DNA of 34,668 nucleotides. Source: Parcubacteria group bacterium. Its GTDB lineage: Bacteria; Patescibacteriota; Minisyncoccia; Moranbacterales; UBA11712. Each line of letters begins with the position of its first letter. Positions within the stretch are counted from its first letter, which is position 1. The DNA is taken from NCBI GenBank assembly GCA_041661585.1, contig JBAZUC010000003.1, positions 1 to 34,668 of the forward strand, read 5' to 3'. The position numbers and the translations under genes are program-made. This document shows positions 30,450 to 34,668 of the stretch, piece after piece. The notes beneath the pieces were generated by a model. The model worked only from the letters and a program-made list of their open reading frames with translations, was not told the DNA's origin and ran no database searches.

Positions 30450-31052
30450 TTAGAAAAACGAAGCTTTGCTGACTGGCCATGCGCGCAAAATCACTTTTCC
30501 CATCACATCCACTTCCGGCACCGGACCCCACGAGCGTGAATCGGAAGAATACTCACGATTGTCCCCCATCACAAAATATTCTCCGCCGAGCGTCATATTG
30601 ATTTCACCCGAGGTCATCACTGAAGTTGAAAGATATTTGCTCTCATTAAGAACAAAACCGTTCGGAGCTTCGGAGTTGAAAATTTTGACCTTGTCGCCGG
30701 AAATCTCAATTTTTTCTCCCGGCAAGCCGATGATGCGCTTGATATAAAAAATTTTCGGATTTTTCGGATAACGGAAAACAACCACGTCGCCGCGCTGGAG
30801 TTCTTTGAACGGCTTCACTGTGAAAGCACTGCCGATCGAAGTCGTTTTGTAGCCAAGCTCGTTGACTATCAAATACTGTTTGTCCTCGAAATTCGGCTCC
30901 ATTGAGGCCCCTTGCACGAAAAATGGCTGGATCAAAAAAACCCGGATGGGGACAATGATCACCACCACCCAGAAAACCATTTTCACGATCTCCCAAATAA
31001 CGCCCTTGAAACCATATTCTTCGGACTGATTTTCGATATTTTCTTCACTCAT
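30450..31052 (-). CDS. lepB: Signal peptidase I
   Basis: Motifs QGASMEPNF, RGDVVVF, KRIIGLPGE and GDNREYSSDSRSWG. The track start at 31088 is TTG and lies inside the predicted promoter. I prefer the ATG at 31052 (MSEENIE...). Confidence 0.9.
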   Translation of the reverse strand: MSEENIENQSEEYGFKGVIWEIVKMVFWVVVIIVPIRVFLIQPFFVQGASMEPNFEDKQYLIVNELGYKTTSIGSAFTVKPFKELQRGDVVVFRYPKNPKIFYIKRIIGLPGEKIEISGDKVKIFNSEAPNGFVLNESKYLSTSVMTSGEINMTLGGEYFVMGDNREYSSDSRSWGPVPEVDVMGKVILRAWPVSKASFF

Positions 31053-31059
31053 CAGGGGT

Positions 31060-31088
31060 ATAATAGCAGAAAAAAACCGCTTTGGCAA
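31060..31088 (-). promoter_or_regulatory. Sigma70-type promoter for lepB, apparently leaderless
   Basis: On the minus strand: TTGCCA (31088-31083), a 17-nt spacer, TATTAT (31065-31060), then 7 nt (ACCCCTG) and the ATG at 31052. No SD is present. Confidence 0.45.
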
Positions 31089-31166
31089 GGGGCGAAATTG
31101 GTTTTGTATAAGGGATAAATTAGAGATTTTGGAATTTTAATAAATAACTCCAAACAACAATTTTAT

Positions 31167-31194
31167 TTGACATATTCTATATTTCGTGTATATT
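31167..31194 (+). promoter_or_regulatory. Sigma70-type promoter for the plus-strand orphan gene
   Basis: TTGACA (31167-31172), a 16-nt spacer, then TATATT (31189-31194). Confidence 0.5.
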
Positions 31195-31254
31195 GTTATG
31201 GAGTTTGGGACTAATGGATATAGACTATTTTTCCAAAAAGAGGAGACCTTTCCA

Positions 31255-31611
31255 ATGAAAAAAACAACTGACTTCACGCTTCAGGAATTGTTGGGTGTTC
31301 TGCAATCGGGTTGTATCCGCGGATGCGGTGGCCATCGCCTGCACTCAGGAGGTGGCTTTCCAATCGGTCAGATAGTGAATGATGTCGCCGCAATATTTAT
31401 TAACGATGACAACATTGAGGCTGGGGCTGCTTTGGTCGGCCTGCTTACAAACTCTCAGGTTAACGCCCGTTTCATTGCGTTCTGCGCCCTGAAAACCGGT
31501 GAAAGCAAACTTTTACCTGACATGCTGAAAAAGCTGGAAGCATTTTCGAGCGACCCAGCAAATTCAGAAGTCATCGAGGCTGCCAAAGAGAGATTGGCCG
31601 CCGTCGCGTAA
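31255..31611 (+). CDS. Hypothetical protein (118 aa), monocistronic
   Basis: SD AGGAGA lies 9 nt upstream of the ATG at 31255 (MKKTTDFTLQELLG...). The track start at 31186 is unlikely. The gene has its own promoter and terminator. I do not recognise a family. Confidence 0.55.
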   Translation: MKKTTDFTLQELLGVLQSGCIRGCGGHRLHSGGGFPIGQIVNDVAAIFINDDNIEAGAALVGLLTNSQVNARFIAFCALKTGESKLLPDMLKKLEAFSSDPANSEVIEAAKERLAAVA

Positions 31612-31634
31612 TATCGCATAATGTTGGAATAGTG

Positions 31635-31669
31635 GAGGCGAGGTCACAAACCTTGCCTCTTTTCTTTTT
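31635..31669 (+). terminator. Rho-independent terminator
   Basis: 9-bp stem GAGGCGAGG / CCTTGCCTC (one G-U pair) with a 7-nt loop, followed by TTTTCTTTTT. Confidence 0.7.
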
Positions 31670-31683
31670 CATCAATTTCAATT

Positions 31684-33231
31684 TTGAGCTATACTGAAAG
31701 CATGCAGGAATATGATTTTCCGCGGAGAGCTCGGCGGAGGAAATCAAAATTTTTCTTTTGGACGATTATTTTCGTTGGCATTCTTGGAATTGTTTTTCTC
31801 GCTTCCATCGCTCTGGCGTTCAAATTCTACGCGACAAGCCAGAAGGTGATTGACTCAAAGCAGCCCGCTTCTTTCATGCAAAGCGTGAAAGATATTGTTT
31901 CGTCTGACAGAAAAGCTTTGCGGGGCGAACAATACGACCGGATCAATATTTTGCTTGTCGGACTCGCCGGGAAAAACTATCCGGGAGCCAACCTCACTGA
32001 TTCGATCATCATCGCCAGCATCAATCCGAAAACATACCAAACCGCTCTTCTCTCCATCCCCCGCGATCTCTATGTCCCGATCCCGGGCACAAACTATTCG
32101 ACAAAAATCAACGCGCTCTATGCCCGTTCGCAAGACAAAGACAGATCTGGAAAATCTGGCGTTGATGACCTCAAAAAAGTTATCACTGACATCACCGGCC
32201 AGCCCATCGACTATTATATCGCCCTCGACTTCGACGGTTTCAAGCAGATCATCAACGAACTGGGCGGCATAAAAGTCCAGGTTCCCAAAGATTTGCACGA
32301 CGAGCGCTATCCGGGGCCGAACTATTCTTACGAAACTTTTGATTTGAAGCAAGGACTATACACCCTTGACGGCGACATCGCTCTCAAATTCGCGCGCACT
32401 CGCCACAACGAAGACGGCGATTTTGGCCGGGCTTACCGCCAGCAGCTTATTCTCGAGTCCGCGCGCTCAAAAGCTTTTTCTCTGGAAACAATCCTCAATA
32501 TCCCGGAGCTTAGTCATTTGCTCGACACGTTGGGAGAGCATTTGCGAACGGACATCCCGCTCAATGAACTCAATTCATTTGTCGATCTCGTCAAAAAAAT
32601 AGACACGCACACGACTGTAAACAAAGTCCTCGATGCCGGAAAACCTGATAGCGTGATGGCGGTCTCCCATATTTTTTTGGGTGGCGTCCGCGCGTTCATC
32701 TTGATCCCCCGCACGGGAAACTACGACGAGATCCAAGACATCTCAAAAAACATTTTCGATCTCGAGCTCATCAACCGGAAAAAAGCAGCCGTGAAACTGG
32801 AAAATGCTTCTGTTTCTATCGTGAACGAAAGCGGTGTGAAAGATTTTGACGGAAAATTGAAAAATCTGCTGGACAAATTTGACTATCAGACAGAGATCGC
32901 CCAGCCCAAGCCCAAAGAAAAAACTCGACAATACGTCTCAACCAAAACAAGCGACACGACCGTCTATGATCTCACCGGCGGTCTCAAGCCATTTTCTCTT
33001 GAAGATCTTTCCAAAAAATTGGGCGCGAAAATCTCGATCTATCCGCCCGACAACATCTCCGCGCAGTGCCGAGGCGCTGATTTCTGCCTTGTCCTCGGAC
33101 CGGACGCCGCAGACAAACTGAACTACGAAGAGAATTCCGTGCAGGATCTTGAAAGCGGATATGACCATCAGCAAGTAGACGAAAAAACATATATTGAATT
33201 GCTCAAAAGAGGAAGCAATCAGAAATTTTAA
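31684..33231 (+). CDS. LytR-CpsA-Psr (LCP) family cell-envelope phosphotransferase with a LytR_C-like C-terminal domain
   Basis: N-terminal TM helix, then INILLVGLAG, NLTDSIIIASINP, LLSIPRDLYV, INALYA and FARTRH. The track start is TTG; an alternative ATG lies at 31702. Confidence 0.85.
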   Translation: MSYTESMQEYDFPRRARRRKSKFFFWTIIFVGILGIVFLASIALAFKFYATSQKVIDSKQPASFMQSVKDIVSSDRKALRGEQYDRINILLVGLAGKNYPGANLTDSIIIASINPKTYQTALLSIPRDLYVPIPGTNYSTKINALYARSQDKDRSGKSGVDDLKKVITDITGQPIDYYIALDFDGFKQIINELGGIKVQVPKDLHDERYPGPNYSYETFDLKQGLYTLDGDIALKFARTRHNEDGDFGRAYRQQLILESARSKAFSLETILNIPELSHLLDTLGEHLRTDIPLNELNSFVDLVKKIDTHTTVNKVLDAGKPDSVMAVSHIFLGGVRAFILIPRTGNYDEIQDISKNIFDLELINRKKAAVKLENASVSIVNESGVKDFDGKLKNLLDKFDYQTEIAQPKPKEKTRQYVSTKTSDTTVYDLTGGLKPFSLEDLSKKLGAKISIYPPDNISAQCRGADFCLVLGPDAADKLNYEENSVQDLESGYDHQQVDEKTYIELLKRGSNQKF

Positions 33232-33247
33232 ATAACATTTTATTCTT

Positions 33248-33802
33248 ATGAAAACAATTCTCATCGCCGGGCTTGGAAACCCAGGAAAAGAATACGCGAA
33301 AACCCGCCACAACGCCGGGTTCATGTTTGTGGATTATTTTCGCGAAAAATATCAGGAAGAGTTCGGTTTTTCAGAATGGAAATTGGACAAGAAATTGAAA
33401 TCGGAAATTAGCGTCGGGAAATGCCCTGGCAACAAAATAATCCTGATCAAGCCCCAAACTTTCATGAATCTTTCGGGCGAAGCGGTTTCGGCGGCGAAAA
33501 AATACTATAAAGTGAAACTTGAAGATATCCTTGTCGCACACGATGATATCGATCTTTTGCTTGGAAAGTATAAAATTTCCGTTGGATCTTCTTCGGCCGG
33601 ACACAACGGCGCGCAAAATATCATTGTTCTCGTCGGCACAAAAAACTTCACAAGAATCAGAATCGGCGTTGAAAATCGCAAAGATCGCAAGATTGCGACG
33701 GAGAAATATGTTCTGGGAAAATTCACGGCCGCGGAAATGAAAAAAATCTCAGGAATAATTTTTGAGATTTCGGAAGGGTTTATAAAGAAATATTTATCTT
33801 AA
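33248..33802 (+). CDS. pth: Peptidyl-tRNA hydrolase
   Basis: Motifs LIAGLGNPGKEYAKTRHNAGF, KPQTFMNLSG and HDDIDL. Confidence 0.93.
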   Translation: MKTILIAGLGNPGKEYAKTRHNAGFMFVDYFREKYQEEFGFSEWKLDKKLKSEISVGKCPGNKIILIKPQTFMNLSGEAVSAAKKYYKVKLEDILVAHDDIDLLLGKYKISVGSSSAGHNGAQNIIVLVGTKNFTRIRIGVENRKDRKIATEKYVLGKFTAAEMKKISGIIFEISEGFIKKYLS

Positions 33803-33923
33803 TTTTCAATTACCAATGTTCAATTTACAATGAATTTTCAATGATCCAATGTTCAATGTTTGAAAATTGAAAATTTAGAAATTGAGCCATTGATTGAAAA
33901 TTGTGAATTGAAAATTGAAAATT
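33801..33923. terminator. Long AT-rich imperfect palindrome filling the convergent pth/typA spacer (probable bidirectional terminator)
   Basis: The outer arms AATTTTCAATT (33801-33811) and AATTGAAAATT (33913-33923) are perfect complements. The inner arms TTCAATTTACAATGAATTTTCAATGATCCAATG and CCATTGATTGAAAATTGTGAATTGAA are imperfect. There is also a direct repeat CCAATGTTCAAT at 33813-33824 and 33846-33857. The palindrome abuts both stop codons. Confidence 0.55.
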
Positions 33924-34668
33924 TTATGCTTTCTTTCTCCCCGCTTGGACGCGTTGTGTTTCGTTCAGAATTTGTTTGCGCAGGCGCACGCTGTGAGGCG
34001 TGACCTCGAGATATTCGTCGTCCGCCATAATTTCAAAGCCTCTTTCAATCGTGAGTTCCATATGCGGCACGAGATGGATGGCCGCGTCCGCGCCCGATGA
34101 GCGCATGTTCGTCAGATTTTTTCCTTTGATGGGATTCACCGCCATATCGTTTCCTTTTGCCGTGTTCCCAATCACCATGCCTTCGTATACTTCCGTGTTC
34201 GCACCGATATAAAGCACGCCGCGGTCTTGAAGATTGGCCAGTGAAAAAGCCAGCGCTTTTCCAGCGACCATCGAAGCCATTGAACCCGTGGCATGTTTGG
34301 AAATTGCTCCCGCGTGCGGCCGGAATTCGAGAAAACGGCTGGCAAAGATTCCTTCTCCGCGTGTTTCGATCATGAACTGGTTGCGATATCCCAAAATTCC
34401 CCGGGTTGGAATTTCAAAAACCATCCGAACTTGGGTGCCCTCCGGTTTCATTTCGGTCATCTGACCTTTTCTTTTTCCAAGCGTCTCGATGATCGTACCC
34501 GAAAATTGCTCCGGAACATCGATCGTCACTTCTTCGAACGGCTCAAGTTTTTTGCCGCTTTCTTCCTTGATGATGACCTGCGGCTGGGAAACTTGGAGTT
34601 CGTATCCTTCGCGGCGCATATTTTCAATGAGAATCGCGATATGCAGTTCCCCTCTTCCGCTCACTTTA
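33924..34668 (-). CDS. typA: Translational GTPase TypA/BipA, C-terminal part (N-terminus lies off-window)
   Basis: SGRGELHIAILIENMRREGYELQVSQPQVI...EPFEEVTIDVPE...MVFEIPTRGILGYR...NPIKGKNLTNMRS. The frame is open to the window edge. Confidence 0.9.
   Translation of the reverse strand, partial: KVSGRGELHIAILIENMRREGYELQVSQPQVIIKEESGKKLEPFEEVTIDVPEQFSGTIIETLGKRKGQMTEMKPEGTQVRMVFEIPTRGILGYRNQFMIETRGEGIFASRFLEFRPHAGAISKHATGSMASMVAGKALAFSLANLQDRGVLYIGANTEVYEGMVIGNTAKGNDMAVNPIKGKNLTNMRSSGADAAIHLVPHMELTIERGFEIMADDEYLEVTPHSVRLRKQILNETQRVQAGRKKA

Noticed and set aside
1-34668. Alternative genetic code (UGA recoding, as in some CPR lineages)
   Set aside because: TGA functions as the stop in several ATGA start/stop overlaps. 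Conserved proteins (nrdD, ftsZ, hisS and others) are full-length with standard-code translation.
1-34668. tRNA, rRNA or CRISPR loci in the larger spacers (22979-23089, 24104-24247, 25454-25667, 31089-31254)
   Set aside because: I could not see a cloverleaf-compatible sequence (no GTTCGAAT-type T-arm), rRNA-like segments, or repeat-spacer periodicity. The spacers are explained by promoters, hairpins and AT-rich palindromes.

Overview
This 34.7-kb window is almost entirely minus-strand coding. It appears to come from a low-GC, anaerobic-style bacterium: it has a class III ribonucleotide reductase and many Fe-S/radical SAM genes. The gene content and AT-rich palindromic spacers fit a small-genome Patescibacteria/CPR-like organism, but that cannot be proven from this window.

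Housekeeping genes flank both sides. On the left are a partial capA-like gene, a split comEC, DUF167, apbE and the nrdR-nrdD-nrdG operon. On the right are ftsZ, ftsA, dgkA, ybeY, yqeY-like, rpsU, a HIT protein, hisS, lepB, an orphan plus-strand gene, an LCP-family gene, pth and a partial typA.

Between about 8.3 and 24.1 kb lies an accessory block that looks more AT-rich. Its core is a tightly coupled 14-gene minus-strand operon, in this order:
- two HxsD-like proteins
- an HxsB-like radical SAM/SPASM maturase
- a Cys-rich membrane-anchored protein
- a 90-aa peptide ending in nine consecutive His-Xaa-Ser/Ala triplets (HxsA-like)
- eight further radical SAM genes: six paralogs with a CxxCx5C tail, one HemN-like, and one SPASM-less maturase-like
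- an A24 (prepilin-peptidase-type) membrane protein

I read this as a strongly expanded, undescribed variant of the in-silico-defined His-Xaa-Ser system.

The second notable observation is a small inverted-repeat element (ACCCCGTTAGAAA...TTTCTAACGGGGT). It is present twice, each time embedded without stop codons inside a coding region (nrdG and the 5' end of comEC).

No rRNA, tRNA or CRISPR array was seen. All family calls rest on motif reading and recall, not on searches.
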